From contig MGTU01000027.1 of the NCBI GenBank assembly GCA_001799615.1, forward strand, positions 27,451 through 91,450: a stretch of 64,000 nucleotides of DNA, written 5' to 3'. Positions 7,865-17,155 of this stretch are shown piece by piece (the stretch's first letter is position 1; each line of letters begins with the position of its first letter). The notes below the pieces were generated by a model. That model worked only from the letters and a program-made list of their open reading frames with translations, searched no databases and was not told where the DNA came from. Both the position numbers and the translations under genes were made by a program. The DNA is from Elusimicrobia bacterium GWA2_61_42 (GTDB taxonomy: Bacteria; Elusimicrobiota; Elusimicrobia; Elusimicrobiales; UBA9959).

Positions 7865-8974
7865 ATGAGAGTTCTTAAACCCGAAGTAGCGCAGGACCGG
7901 AAAGCGAAGATCCTTAACTGGGTGGTCTACAACTACGTCAGCACGGGCCGCCCCGTCAGCTCCGAGCTGATAGCCGAGGAAGGCCGCTTCAGCGTTTCCA
8001 GCGCTACCATAAGGAATATATTAAAGGAGCTGGAAGAAGAAGGCTACCTGTACCAGGCCCATACTTCCGGCGGCCGCATTCCCTCCGACAAAGGCTACCG
8101 CTCCTACGTGGACAATGTGCAGAAACTGCAGCTGATGGCCGCCAGCGAGAAAGACCGCCTGGAAAACGAGTATGACCGCCGCGTGGAACAGCTGGACGGC
8201 TTCCTCAAGCACACCTCCAGGATGCTGGCCGATATGTCCAAGTGGGCCGGCTTCGTAATGAGCGCCGATACCGACCTGGACAGCGTGAAGCGCCTGGACC
8301 TGCTGAGCATGGGGCCCCGGAGCGTGCTGTCCGTGATGTTCGCCCATTCCGGCCTCATAAAGCACTCCGCCTTCACCCTTGAGCACGGCGCCGAAAAGAA
8401 CGCGGTCAAATCCCTTTCCATGCGCCTTAACAGGCGCCTGAAGGACCTGCCCATCTCCGACCTGCCCCAGGTCATCTTCAAGGAATTCCTGGCTAAAGAA
8501 AAGGACAAAGGGCTTGAAGAGCTGCTCAGGAAATTAGTGGAATACTTCCGGGGGTTGTCAAAGAACGAAGACGCGCTTTACCTGGAAGGGTTGAGCCGCA
8601 TCTATTCCAACCTGGAAGCCGGGGATATCGAGGATTTTCGCAACATCGCGCGCCTGCTGGAGGAGAAAGAACGCTTTTCCGGGCTGCTGCGCGAGCGCCT
8701 GCGCGACTGCGCCCTTAAGACGAAAGCGCTGGGGGAGCCCGGCAAGCGCCACATCGTGGACGTGACCATAGGTTCCGAGAACAGCATAAAGGAATTCAAG
8801 AATTTCAGCCTGGTTTCCAGCTCCTACTGCATGAACGACAAGGCCGTGGGGCTGGTGGGCATACTGGGCTATAAGCGCATGGAATACCCCCGCATGATCT
8901 CCCTGGTGGATACCGTCAGCTCCATGATGGAGGATATGCTGGTAGAGTGGGAGAAAGTGGACTTTGAAGACTAA
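7865..8974 (+). CDS. hrcA: heat-inducible transcription repressor HrcA
   Basis: 369 aa. N-terminal winged-helix RKAKILNWVVYNYVSTGRPVSSELIAEE...SSATIRNILKELEEEGYLYQAHTSGGRIPSDKGYRSYVD. Followed by grpE-dnaK-dnaJ. Confidence 0.92.
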   Translation: MRVLKPEVAQDRKAKILNWVVYNYVSTGRPVSSELIAEEGRFSVSSATIRNILKELEEEGYLYQAHTSGGRIPSDKGYRSYVDNVQKLQLMAASEKDRLENEYDRRVEQLDGFLKHTSRMLADMSKWAGFVMSADTDLDSVKRLDLLSMGPRSVLSVMFAHSGLIKHSAFTLEHGAEKNAVKSLSMRLNRRLKDLPISDLPQVIFKEFLAKEKDKGLEELLRKLVEYFRGLSKNEDALYLEGLSRIYSNLEAGDIEDFRNIARLLEEKERFSGLLRERLRDCALKTKALGEPGKRHIVDVTIGSENSIKEFKNFSLVSSSYCMNDKAVGLVGILGYKRMEYPRMISLVDTVSSMMEDMLVEWEKVDFED

Positions 8975-8980
8975 CCCAAT

Positions 8981-9592
8981 ATGAAAGACCATAAGGCCGA
9001 AGATAAAAAGACCAAAGCCAAGGCGGACGCGCCCGACTGCGTGTGCGGCGCCGAAGCGCAGGCCCTGGCCGCCGCCGGGGGGGAACTGGAGAAACAGAAG
9101 AAGCAGACGGACGACTATTATAACCAGCTGCTGCGCCTGCAGGCGGACTTCGAGAACTACCGCAAGCGCGTGGAGAAGGAAAAGCCCGAGCTGATCAAAT
9201 GGGGCAAGGCCGAAATTATTCTGAAGCTGCTGCCGCTTTACGACATGCTGCTGGCGGCCCACGCGCACATCAACACCGCCAGGGAGAACGGCGGCAGCGA
9301 CGAGACCCTGAAAGGGCTCGAGATGATCTTTAAGGAATTTTCCAAGGTTTTCGACGCCGAGGGCCTGCGCGCCATGGAGCCGGTGGGCAAGCCTTACGAC
9401 CCGATGGCCTCGGAAATACTGGGCGTAGTGGAAGGAACGGACGAGAACGACGGCCAGGTGACGGAGGAGCTGCAGAAAGGCTTCTACTACGGCGAAAAGA
9501 TCCTGCGCCCGGCGCGGGTGAAGATAGCCAAGAAGAAAACGGCCGCCCCGCCCCCGGCCCCGGCGGCCGCGGAAGAAGAGAGTTCAAAGTGA
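8981..9592 (+). CDS. grpE: nucleotide exchange factor GrpE
   Basis: 203 aa. YNQLLRLQADFENYRKRVEKE, GLEMIFKEF, FYYGEKILRPARV. Operon position between hrcA and dnaK. Confidence 0.92.
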   Translation: MKDHKAEDKKTKAKADAPDCVCGAEAQALAAAGGELEKQKKQTDDYYNQLLRLQADFENYRKRVEKEKPELIKWGKAEIILKLLPLYDMLLAAHAHINTARENGGSDETLKGLEMIFKEFSKVFDAEGLRAMEPVGKPYDPMASEILGVVEGTDENDGQVTEELQKGFYYGEKILRPARVKIAKKKTAAPPPAPAAAEEESSK

Positions 9593-9625
9593 ATTTCAGG
9601 TAAGTAATTTTTGGAGGACATTAAC

Positions 9626-11488
9626 ATGGCAAAAATAATAGGCATAGACCTTGGAACTTCGAATACGGCAGCGGCGGTGATGGAGGGCGGAAAAGTCACC
9701 ATCATCCCGTCGGCCGAAGGCACCAGCCTGGGCGGGAAGGCTTTCCCGTCTTACGTGGCTTTCGCCAAAGACGGGCAGATGCTGGTGGGCGAGCCCGCCC
9801 GCAGGCAGGCCGTCGCCAACCCGGAAGGCACCGTTTCCGCCTTCAAGCGGAAAATGGGCACCGACCACAAGTACCACATCTCCGGCAAGGAATTCACGCC
9901 GCAGCAGCTGGCGGCTTTCCTGCTTCAGAAGGTGAAGCGCGACGCCGAGGCTTTCCTGGGCGAGAAAGTGGAGAAAGCCGTCATCACCGTGCCGGCCTAC
10001 TTCAACGACAACCAGCGCCAGGCCACCAAGGACGCCGGCACTATCGCCGGCCTCGAGGTCGTGCGCCTGGTCAACGAGCCCACCGCCGCGGCGCTGGCCT
10101 ACGGCATAGACAAGGAAGGCCGCGACCAGAAGATCATGGTGTTCGACCTCGGCGGCGGCACGCTCGACGTCACCATCATGGAGCTCGGCAAGGAAGGCAC
10201 TTTCGACGTCATCTCCACCTCCGGCGACACCCAGCTGGGCGGCACGGACATGGACAAGGCCCTGGTGGATTTCCTCGCCGGCGAGTTCCGCAAGGACACC
10301 GGCATCGACCTTACCAAGGACCCCACTTCCACGCAGCGCATAAAGGAAGCCGCGGAAAAGGCCAAGATCGAGCTCTCCACCACCATGGAGACCGAGATAA
10401 ACCTGCCGTTCATTTCCGCCGACGCCACCGGGCCCAAGCACATGGCGCTCAAGCTCGGCCGCGCCCGCCTGGAATCCCTGGTGGAAGGCATCGTAAAGCG
10501 CTGCCAGAAATCCATAGACACGGCCCTGGCGGACGCCAAGCTCAAGACCTCCGACATCAGCCGCATCATTCTGGTCGGCGGCCCGACGCGCATGCCGATA
10601 GTCCAGAAGTTCATAGAGGACTTCGTGGGCAAAAGGATAGAGCACGGCGTGGACCCGATGGAATGCGTCGCTACCGGCGCGGCCGTGCAGGCCGCGGTGC
10701 TGACCGGCGACGTCAAGGACGTGCTGCTGCTCGACGTTACCCCGCTGTCCCTGGGTATCGAGACCCTGGGCTCCGTGATGACGCGCCTCATTGACAAGAA
10801 CACCACCATCCCGGCCAAGAAATCGCAGGTCTTCTCCACCGCGGCGGACTCCCAGCCCGCCGTTACCATCCACGTGCTGCAGGGCGAGCGCGCGATGGCC
10901 GGCGACAACGTGTCGCTGGGGAAGTTCGACCTGGACGGCATCCCCCCGGCGCCCCGCGGCGTGCCGCAGATCGAGGTCACGTTCGACATCGACGCCAACG
11001 GCATCCTGCAGGTGCACGCCAAGGACCTGGGCACCGGCAAGGCGCAGCATATCACCATCAGCGCTCCCAACAAGCTGTCCAAGGACGATATCGACAAATT
11101 CGTCAAGCAGGCGGAGCAGTTCGCCGACGCCGACAAGAAATACAAGGAAAAGGTGGAGACCAAGAACGAGGCCGACACCGTCCTCTACACCACGGAGAAG
11201 GCCCTGAAAGAGCACGGGGACAAGATCTCCCAGGACGAACGCCTGGCCGTGGACCGCGCCATCAACGAAATGAAGGAAGCCATTAAAGGCGACGACATGG
11301 ACAAGGTGAAGAAGGCCAAGGAGAACCTGATACAGGTCTCCCAGAAGCTGGGGGAAGCCGTGTATAAAGCTTCCCAGGCCAAAGCCGCCCCCGGCGGCGC
11401 CGGTCCCGCGCCCGAAGGCGCCAAAGCGGCCCCGGGCGGCAAGGATGACGTCGTGGACGCGGAAGTCGTGGACGATAACAAAAAATAG
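9626..11488 (+). CDS. dnaK: molecular chaperone DnaK (Hsp70)
   Basis: Start placed at ATG 9626 ([13 protein letters not shown]), preceded by GGAGG at 9613-9617. The track start 9611 is a TTG inside the RBS. Motifs [17 protein letters not shown], and a full substrate-binding and lid region. Confidence 0.95.
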   Translation: MAKIIGIDLGTSNTAAAVMEGGKVTIIPSAEGTSLGGKAFPSYVAFAKDGQMLVGEPARRQAVANPEGTVSAFKRKMGTDHKYHISGKEFTPQQLAAFLLQKVKRDAEAFLGEKVEKAVITVPAYFNDNQRQATKDAGTIAGLEVVRLVNEPTAAALAYGIDKEGRDQKIMVFDLGGGTLDVTIMELGKEGTFDVISTSGDTQLGGTDMDKALVDFLAGEFRKDTGIDLTKDPTSTQRIKEAAEKAKIELSTTMETEINLPFISADATGPKHMALKLGRARLESLVEGIVKRCQKSIDTALADAKLKTSDISRIILVGGPTRMPIVQKFIEDFVGKRIEHGVDPMECVATGAAVQAAVLTGDVKDVLLLDVTPLSLGIETLGSVMTRLIDKNTTIPAKKSQVFSTAADSQPAVTIHVLQGERAMAGDNVSLGKFDLDGIPPAPRGVPQIEVTFDIDANGILQVHAKDLGTGKAQHITISAPNKLSKDDIDKFVKQAEQFADADKKYKEKVETKNEADTVLYTTEKALKEHGDKISQDERLAVDRAINEMKEAIKGDDMDKVKKAKENLIQVSQKLGEAVYKASQAKAAPGGAGPAPEGAKAAPGGKDDVVDAEVVDDNKK

Positions 11489-11589
11489 CGAAGTTCCCGG
11501 GAGCGTGGGGCGTTAGAGCGTTAAGGCTTAATAAAAGCTAAAATACTCTTACGCTCCGCGCTATTTAGCGCCGGCACACTCAAACCTTT

Positions 11590-12723
11590 ATGGCATCAAA
11601 CGATTATTACCGCACCCTGGGCGTAGCCCGCAACGCCGGCCCCGACGAGATAAAGACCGCCTACAGAAAACTGGCGATGAAGCATCATCCGGACCGCAAC
11701 CCGGGCAACAACGAGTCCGAGTCGGCCTTTAAGGAAATCAACGAGGCTTACGAGGTGCTCTCCACCCCCGAGAAACGCCAGGTCTACGACCAGTACGGCG
11801 CGGAAGGGCTGAAAGCCGGCGCCGGCGGCGGGCGCGGCGGTTTCGGCGGTTTCCAGGGCGGTGCGGACCTGGGCGACATGTTCGGCGATCTTTTCGAGAA
11901 CCTGTTCACGCAGGGGCAGGGCGGCGGCCGCGGCAGGCCCCGCTCCCGGCGCGGCGCCGACCTGAAGTACGAGGCGGAAATTACGCTGGAGGAGGCTTTT
12001 TCCGGGGTCAAGGTTCCGGTGAATTTCGACCGTACCGAAGTCTGCCAGGAGTGCGAAGGGACCGGGGCGCGCGGCAAAACGGGCATTAAAAAATGCCCTA
12101 CCTGCCACGGCGCCGGCCGGGTCCAGTACTCCCAGGGCTTTTTCTCTTTCAGCCAGGCCTGCCCCGACTGCGGCGGCCAGGGCGAGGTGATCTCCAGCCC
12201 GTGCAAGGCCTGCGGCGGCGCGGGCCGCCAGAAGAAGAGCGCCTCCATCAACGTCAAGATCCCGGCGGGCGTGGAAGAAGGCGCGGTGCTGCGCGTTTCG
12301 GGCGGCGGCGACGCCGGCCTGAAGGGCGGGGACTCCGGGGACCTTTACATACAGGTCCGCCTTAAGCACCACGCGCATTTCGAGCGGCAGGGCCGCGACC
12401 TTACTTATGAATGCCCCGTGGCCGTCTGGCAGGCGGCGCTGGGGGGAGAGACCGAAGTGCCGGTAATAGAAGGCGGCCGCGTGAAGATCCGCGTTCCGCA
12501 GGGCACCCAGCACGGCAAGGTGTTCCGCGTGCACGACCAGGGGATGCCCGGCCCCGGCGGGAGGCCCAGGGGCGACCTGCTCGTAAAGATAAAACTGGAG
12601 GTCCCGCACGACCTCACGCCCCGGCAGCGCGAACTGTTCGAGGAACTTTCCCGACTGGCCGGGCATGAAGTCCCCGCCCCGGACGGGAAGGACAAGAGCT
12701 TTTTTAAGAAGATCCTGGGCTAG
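11590..12723 (+). CDS. dnaJ: co-chaperone DnaJ (Hsp40, type I)
   Basis: J domain with HPD (KHHPDRNPG), a G/F-rich region, and four CxxCxGxG zinc motifs ([32 protein letters not shown]). Confidence 0.95.
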   Translation: MASNDYYRTLGVARNAGPDEIKTAYRKLAMKHHPDRNPGNNESESAFKEINEAYEVLSTPEKRQVYDQYGAEGLKAGAGGGRGGFGGFQGGADLGDMFGDLFENLFTQGQGGGRGRPRSRRGADLKYEAEITLEEAFSGVKVPVNFDRTEVCQECEGTGARGKTGIKKCPTCHGAGRVQYSQGFFSFSQACPDCGGQGEVISSPCKACGGAGRQKKSASINVKIPAGVEEGAVLRVSGGGDAGLKGGDSGDLYIQVRLKHHAHFERQGRDLTYECPVAVWQAALGGETEVPVIEGGRVKIRVPQGTQHGKVFRVHDQGMPGPGGRPRGDLLVKIKLEVPHDLTPRQRELFEELSRLAGHEVPAPDGKDKSFFKKILG

Positions 12724-12731
12724 CCTGACCG

Positions 12732-13442
12732 ATGCCGCAATATTTCATCCCTGCTGAAAACCTGCGCGGCGGCGAATTCTTCGCCGGGCCGGAGGAATCC
12801 GCCCATATCGCGCGCGCGGCCCGCGCCCGCGCGGGGGACGAAATAGAGATCTTCGACGGCAAAGGCAACCGCTACCGCGCCGTCATCAAAACCGTCTCCG
12901 GGGACGCCGTGAGCGGTTCCGTCGGGGAGAAGCTGCCGAGCCCGGCATACAAGACCAGGATCACGCTTTGTTTCGCCGTGGTGGCCAAGCCGGCGCTGGA
13001 AGAGATCCTTGAACACTGCACGGAGGCCGGGGTGGACGTGTTCCAGCCGGTGATGGCGTCCCGGGTGCAGTTCGACCTGTTCAGCGACTGGGAGCGCAGG
13101 GCCGGCCGCCTGAACCAGGTGGTGCTGGCCGCCGCAAAGCAGTGCGGCCGCGGGCTGCTGCCGGCGGTGAGAAAGCCGGAGAAGCTCGACGACCTGCTGC
13201 TGGCGGGCGGGGTTTCGGTCTTTTCCACGGCCGAAGGGCCGGCCCCGGACGAGGCCGTAAAAGGGCTTGAAGGCAAAACGGAACTGAAGCTTTTTGTGGG
13301 GCCGGAGGGCGGCTTTACGAAAGGCGAGCTGGCTTTCGCGCGCGACAAGGGCGCCGTAATGATGAACCTCGGCTTATATACCCTGAGGGCGGAATCGGCC
13401 TGCCTGGCCGCCACTTCCGCCCTGCTTACCCGGCTGGGTTAA
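12732..13442 (+). CDS. rsmE: 16S rRNA (uracil1498-N3)-methyltransferase RsmE
   Basis: 236 aa. MPQYFIP..., PUA-like N-terminal domain, C-terminal SPOUT motif FVGPEGGFTKGE...LGLYTLRAE. Confidence 0.85.
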   Translation: MPQYFIPAENLRGGEFFAGPEESAHIARAARARAGDEIEIFDGKGNRYRAVIKTVSGDAVSGSVGEKLPSPAYKTRITLCFAVVAKPALEEILEHCTEAGVDVFQPVMASRVQFDLFSDWERRAGRLNQVVLAAAKQCGRGLLPAVRKPEKLDDLLLAGGVSVFSTAEGPAPDEAVKGLEGKTELKLFVGPEGGFTKGELAFARDKGAVMMNLGLYTLRAESACLAATSALLTRLG

Positions 13443-13888
13443 GTATTAGGGATCCCCGTAGTTTTATTGGTGCCCGCGAGCCTTTTGAAGGTGGCGCGCA
13501 GCAGCATTTTCTCTTTATCCGCTTTTTCCAATATTTGGGTGACGGCGCGCCTGAGCTCGGCTATCGAGATGGGTTTGTTCAGGAAAAGCTCGGCGCTGGC
13601 GCCGAGGTTGCTCTCTATCCTGGCGTCGTTGGTGGTGTTGCCGGTAAGTATTATTACGGGGGTGGAGCGGGTGCGGGGATTGCCTTTGATGGCCCGGCAG
13701 ACTTCTACGCCGTTTATATCCGGGAGCCCCAGGTCTATGATAGCGAGGTCCAGGCTCACTTCTTTTATCCAGTTCATGGCCGTTTCGCCGGTGTCGGCGG
13801 TTATGACCATATAACCCTGCGATTCCAGCGCTTTTTTCAGGATCTGCAGGACGGAAGTCTCGTCCTCTACCACTAATATCTTATGCAT
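13439..13888 (-). CDS. single-domain response regulator (receiver only)
   Basis: 149 aa. KILVVEDE, phospho-acceptor context LAIIDLGLPDING, PVIILTG, NKP. No output domain. Confidence 0.85.
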   Translation of the reverse strand: MHKILVVEDETSVLQILKKALESQGYMVITADTGETAMNWIKEVSLDLAIIDLGLPDINGVEVCRAIKGNPRTRSTPVIILTGNTTNDARIESNLGASAELFLNKPISIAELRRAVTQILEKADKEKMLLRATFKRLAGTNKTTGIPNT

Positions 13889-14087
13889 AGACGCTCCCCT
13901 AATCTAACCTTGAGGAAAATATACCATAAAAACCGGCTTTCGCGGTTTGATTTTCGTTAAGGTCGCAGAATGCCTCACGGCGGCCGGCGACGCGCGGCTG
14001 CCGGGAAATTTGAGGGAAGTTTGTCTTGCTAAGGGGGCGGGCATTTGGTAGAAGATAGGTAGGGGTTTATAAGGCAGGTACGCGTTT

Positions 14088-14396
14088 ATGATAGATCTGA
14101 AACCTATTTTTCTCAGAAAAGTTAAAAATATCCTGGCCGGCAACGTGCCGGAATACGACGTTATGGTTTACGGCTCGCGCGCGGACGGCACGGCGAAGAA
14201 ATACTCCTATCTCGATATAGCGGTGATGTCGGACAAGCCCCTGGTGGCCACGCGCCTTGAAAAGCTTTCCGCCGAATTTACCGCGGCCGGTTTTCCTTTC
14301 CGGGTCGAGACCATAGACTGGGCCGCCACGGGCGCCAGTTTCCGCAAAGAGATCAAGAAGACCGGCGTCTTCATCCAAAGCACCCCTAAAAAATAA
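14088..14396 (+). CDS. minimal nucleotidyltransferase (MNT / Pol-beta-fold) domain protein, copy 1
   Basis: 102 aa. VMVYGSRADGTAKKYSYLDIAVM fits hG[GS]-x(9-13)-D-h-[DE]-h, except the first acidic residue is Tyr. Confidence 0.7.
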   Translation: MIDLKPIFLRKVKNILAGNVPEYDVMVYGSRADGTAKKYSYLDIAVMSDKPLVATRLEKLSAEFTAAGFPFRVETIDWAATGASFRKEIKKTGVFIQSTPKK

Positions 14397-14403
14397 CGGC
14401 TCT

Positions 14404-14712
14404 ATGATAGACCTGAAACCTATCTTTTTAAAGAAAGTGAAGGGCATCCTCGCGTCCAACGTGCCTGAATTCGACGTGATGGTCTACGGCGCGCGGGCCG
14501 GCGCCTCGGCCAAGAAGTTCTCGTACCTGGATATCGTGGTGATGTCGGACAAGCCGCTTTCGGCGGCCCGGCTCGAAAAACTGGAAGCCGCCTTCAAGGC
14601 CGCCTCCTTCCCTTTCCGCGTGGAATCCATCTGCTGGGCCGCCACCGGCCCCAGCTTCCGCAAAGAAATAAAAAAAACCGGCGTCCTCATCCAGACCGCA
14701 CCTAAAAAATAA
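14404..14712 (+). CDS. minimal nucleotidyltransferase (MNT) domain protein, copy 2 (tandem paralog)
   Basis: 102 aa, collinear with copy 1 and mostly identical residue by residue. GS becomes GA (VMVYGARAGASAKKFSYLDIVVM). Confidence 0.7.
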   Translation: MIDLKPIFLKKVKGILASNVPEFDVMVYGARAGASAKKFSYLDIVVMSDKPLSAARLEKLEAAFKAASFPFRVESICWAATGPSFRKEIKKTGVLIQTAPKK

Positions 14713-14732
14713 TCAGTCCCGTTTTGCGCTTA

Positions 14733-14865
14733 GGGGCGGCGAGGGGGCCGGGTTAGCAAAACCGTCTCGGAGCCCGACGCTTGCGTAAGCGCGGAGGGCG
14801 AGAGCCGGAAGCGCGCGCACGGTGTGCGCGACGCTGTTTTTGCGTTCCGGCCCCCTTGACGCCCC
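14733..14865 (+). repeat. structured intergenic element, copy A (candidate ncRNA or palindromic repeat family)
   Basis: 19-position closing helix 14733-14751 / 14847-14865. Shares conserved blocks CCGGGTTAGCAAAACCG, CGCTTGCGTAAGCGCGG, CACGGTGTG, TTTTGCGTTCCGG with 53121-53274. Confidence 0.75.
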
Positions 14866-14927
14866 GACCGGCGTCTCGTGGTACGTTTGCGCAAAACGAC
14901 GGCCCGCTTAAATTGTAAAATGTAGGG

Positions 14928-16178
14928 GTGAAAGTTTATTTTAAGACCGTGGGATGCCGGGTGAACCAGGTGGAGACGGAGAGTCTCCGCGAGAAGTTCG
15001 CTGAGCTGGGACACAGCTGTGCCGAGACGCCCGAAGAGGCGGACCTCGTCGTGGTGAATACCTGCTCCGTTACCGCCAAGGCGGACCGGGATTGCGTCGC
15101 CTTCCTTAAAAAGACGGCCGCCGCCAACCCCGGGGCCGCTATAGCCGTGACCGGCTGCCTGGCGACGCTCGACCCCGCGAAGATACTGGCCGCCGCCCCC
15201 GGCGCCACGCTGTTCGCCAATAAAGAAAAAGAGAGCATCCCCGCCGTTTTCTGCGGTACCGCCGCCTCCGCGGATTTTTTTTCCGTTACAAAGTCGCACG
15301 GCAAAGCCCGGGCCTTCATAAAAGTGCAGGACGGCTGCAACCTTAAATGCGCCTACTGCCTGGTGAACCTGGCCCGCAGCGAACTTAAATCAAAGCCGCT
15401 GGAGGCCGCCGTCTCCGAAGTGAAAAAGCTCGTGGAGGCCGGCTTCGCCGAAATAGTCCTCTGCGGCACCCGCCTGGGCATCTACCGCTGCAAAGAGACC
15501 GGCGCCAACCTGGCGGAGCTTATGCGGCGCCTCTTCGCGCTGGACGGTAATTTCCGGCTGAGGTTCTCTTCCGTAGAGTCAGAAGAACTTACCCCGGAAC
15601 TCCTTAAAGTGCTGAAAGCCGCCGGCCCCAGGTTCTGCGATTACTTCCACCTGCCCCTGCAGGCCGGGGCCGACCCCGTTCTTAAAGCCATGGGCCGGCT
15701 TTACACCGCGGCGCAGTATAAAGCCAAAGTGGAAGAGCTCCGTTCCATTTTTCCGGGCGTCGGCATCTACGCCGACATCATCGCCGGCTATCCCGCGGAA
15801 ACGGCGGAGGATTTCTCCGCCGCCCTGGCGTTCGTGAAGGGCTGCGGCCTTTCCGGGCTGCACGTCTTCAGCTTTTCCGCCCGGCCCGGCACCGCAGCCG
15901 CCGCGCTCATCCCCCTGCCCCCGAAAACGGTTTCCGCCCGGTCCGCCGCTCTGCGCGCCCTGGACGGGGAACTGCGCGCCGCTTACGCCGCCGCCATGCT
16001 GGGTCGTGAAACGGTGGCCCTCGTCCTCAAGAACAAGGACGGCCGGGCGCTGGCCCTGGCCTCCAATTTCGTCAACCTGGACCTTGCCGGGCCCCTTAAG
16101 ACGGGCGGCCTGCTGCGCTGCCGCGTTACCGCCGCCAGGGCCGGCGCCTGCCTGGCCGAGGTGGTCGGGGCGCCCTGA
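14928..16178 (+). CDS. mtaB: radical-SAM methylthiotransferase, MtaB/MiaB family (tRNA modification)
   Basis: GTG start. N-terminal UPF0004 cysteines (GCRVNQ, NTCSVT, TGC). Radical-SAM CxxxCxxC (GCNLKCAYC). 416 aa. Confidence 0.82.
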   Translation: MKVYFKTVGCRVNQVETESLREKFAELGHSCAETPEEADLVVVNTCSVTAKADRDCVAFLKKTAAANPGAAIAVTGCLATLDPAKILAAAPGATLFANKEKESIPAVFCGTAASADFFSVTKSHGKARAFIKVQDGCNLKCAYCLVNLARSELKSKPLEAAVSEVKKLVEAGFAEIVLCGTRLGIYRCKETGANLAELMRRLFALDGNFRLRFSSVESEELTPELLKVLKAAGPRFCDYFHLPLQAGADPVLKAMGRLYTAAQYKAKVEELRSIFPGVGIYADIIAGYPAETAEDFSAALAFVKGCGLSGLHVFSFSARPGTAAAALIPLPPKTVSARSAALRALDGELRAAYAAAMLGRETVALVLKNKDGRALALASNFVNLDLAGPLKTGGLLRCRVTAARAGACLAEVVGAP

Positions 16179-17116
16179 TGAAACCCTGCCCCGGCTGCGG
16201 CTACGGCAACCCTGACGCCGCGCTCAACTGCGCGGTCTGCGGCCGCGACGTCTCGGTCGTGCCGGTAAGGCCGGAGCGCCAGCCGGAAAAAGAATCCAGA
16301 CTGATGCTGCTCGCCGGCTTGCTGCTGCTGATCTGCGGCGCCGCTTTCATTGTGACGGGGAAATTGGCCGAAAAGCCGCCCCGGTCCGCCTCCGGGGAGA
16401 CCGAGTTCTCCGACGAAGCTTCTTTCAGCTACGAAGGAGTGCTTTTTTCCCTGGACGAAATGAGCAGGCTCCGTTTTCTGCCGCGCGAGGACAAAATGAA
16501 AGTGCTGCCCCTGCTGAACAGCCGCGACGAGCGGGTGGCCTGCGCCGCCGCCAAACTGATAGGAGGCTGGGTCCGCCCGGAAGAGGACCCCGCGGACGCG
16601 AAACTTTGGTTCGACGCGCTGCTCCAGGCGACTTCTGCGGGCGGCGCCGCCGCCCGCAGGCAGGCCGCGCTGGAGCTCGGGCTGGCCGCCGCTTTCGGGT
16701 TCCCGCTCTTTGGCCGCCTGGAAGAGCTGCGCGAAGCCGCCGCGGGCCTGCTGGCCTCCGGCGACGCGGAACTGACGGGCGCGGGTTTCTTCCTGGCATC
16801 GATGTCCGGCATAGAAGATTTCAGCGGGGAGATGCTCAAGACCCTGCAATACGACCCTTCCTCCAGGGCCAGGCTTTACGCCGCCTGTTCGCTGGCCCGT
16901 CTTGGCCGTGAGGAGGGGTATAAACACCTTTTAACCGCGGCAGGAGGCCCCGATCCGGACCTGAAAGCGGAGGCGCTGGACTGCCTGTCCTATTCTTCGG
17001 CGCCCGAAACTCCGGCTTTCCTGGGCAGCGTGGCCGGCGGGGGGGACCCCGACCTGGCGGAGCGGGCAAAAAGGGCGTTAATTTTCCGCAAACAACTTGC
17101 TATAATTAAAAAGTAA
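16178..17116 (+). CDS. zinc-ribbon, single-TM, HEAT-like repeat protein (hypothetical)
   Basis: CPGCGYGNPDAALNCAVCG zinc ribbon, TM helix LMLLAGLLLLICGAAFIV, then repeated R-x-x-A-A-x-x-L-G-type helical repeats. ATGA-type overlap with the mtaB stop. Confidence 0.6.
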   Translation: MKPCPGCGYGNPDAALNCAVCGRDVSVVPVRPERQPEKESRLMLLAGLLLLICGAAFIVTGKLAEKPPRSASGETEFSDEASFSYEGVLFSLDEMSRLRFLPREDKMKVLPLLNSRDERVACAAAKLIGGWVRPEEDPADAKLWFDALLQATSAGGAAARRQAALELGLAAAFGFPLFGRLEELREAAAGLLASGDAELTGAGFFLASMSGIEDFSGEMLKTLQYDPSSRARLYAACSLARLGREEGYKHLLTAAGGPDPDLKAEALDCLSYSSAPETPAFLGSVAGGGDPDLAERAKRALIFRKQLAIIKK

Positions 17117-17155
17117 CACGCGTATATATATTTATAGCGGCACGGGGGCGGTTAT

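Larger units (their letters stand above)
14088..14712 (+). repeat. tandem gene duplication, 316-bp period, 2 diverged copies
   Basis: Starts are 316 bp apart (14088 and 14404). Both begin ATGATAGA[T/C]CTGAAACCTAT and encode equal-length proteins. Confidence 0.85.

Noticed and set aside
9596-11215. 539-aa and 359-aa minus-strand ORFs, plus several + strand alternative-frame ORFs inside dnaK
   Set aside because: dnaK is unambiguous in its own frame. The others are frame-shadow artefacts.
11515-11571. Stem-loop GAGCGTTAAG...CTTACGCTC with a nested AT-rich hairpin, and the palindrome GCGCTATTTAGCGC (11558-11571), in the dnaK-dnaJ spacer
   Set aside because: It is real in the sequence but has no T-run and no CIRCE similarity. 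It is most simply an mRNA stability or partial-attenuation hairpin, as commonly seen between dnaK and dnaJ. Not judged noteworthy.
13439-13442. Convergent rsmE and response-regulator genes share overlapping stop codons (TTAA) with no terminator between them
   Set aside because: Overlapping convergent stops are compatible with compact genomes. There is no evidence of regulatory significance from sequence alone.
13945-13972. Hairpin AAACCG-GCTTTCG-CGGTTT followed by GATTTT on the + strand, upstream of the minus-strand response regulator
   Set aside because: The stem is short (6 bp) and no + strand gene ends nearby. It could be chance or a weak antisense terminator. Support is insufficient.
14733-14865. 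Considered whether the structured element is a retron msr/msd, a tRNA-like gene, a CRISPR remnant or a simple terminator
   Set aside because: No reverse transcriptase or cas gene is nearby. It has no tRNA cloverleaf or T-loop motif and no short direct repeats with spacers. It has no T-run after the closing helix and is far larger than an intrinsic terminator.
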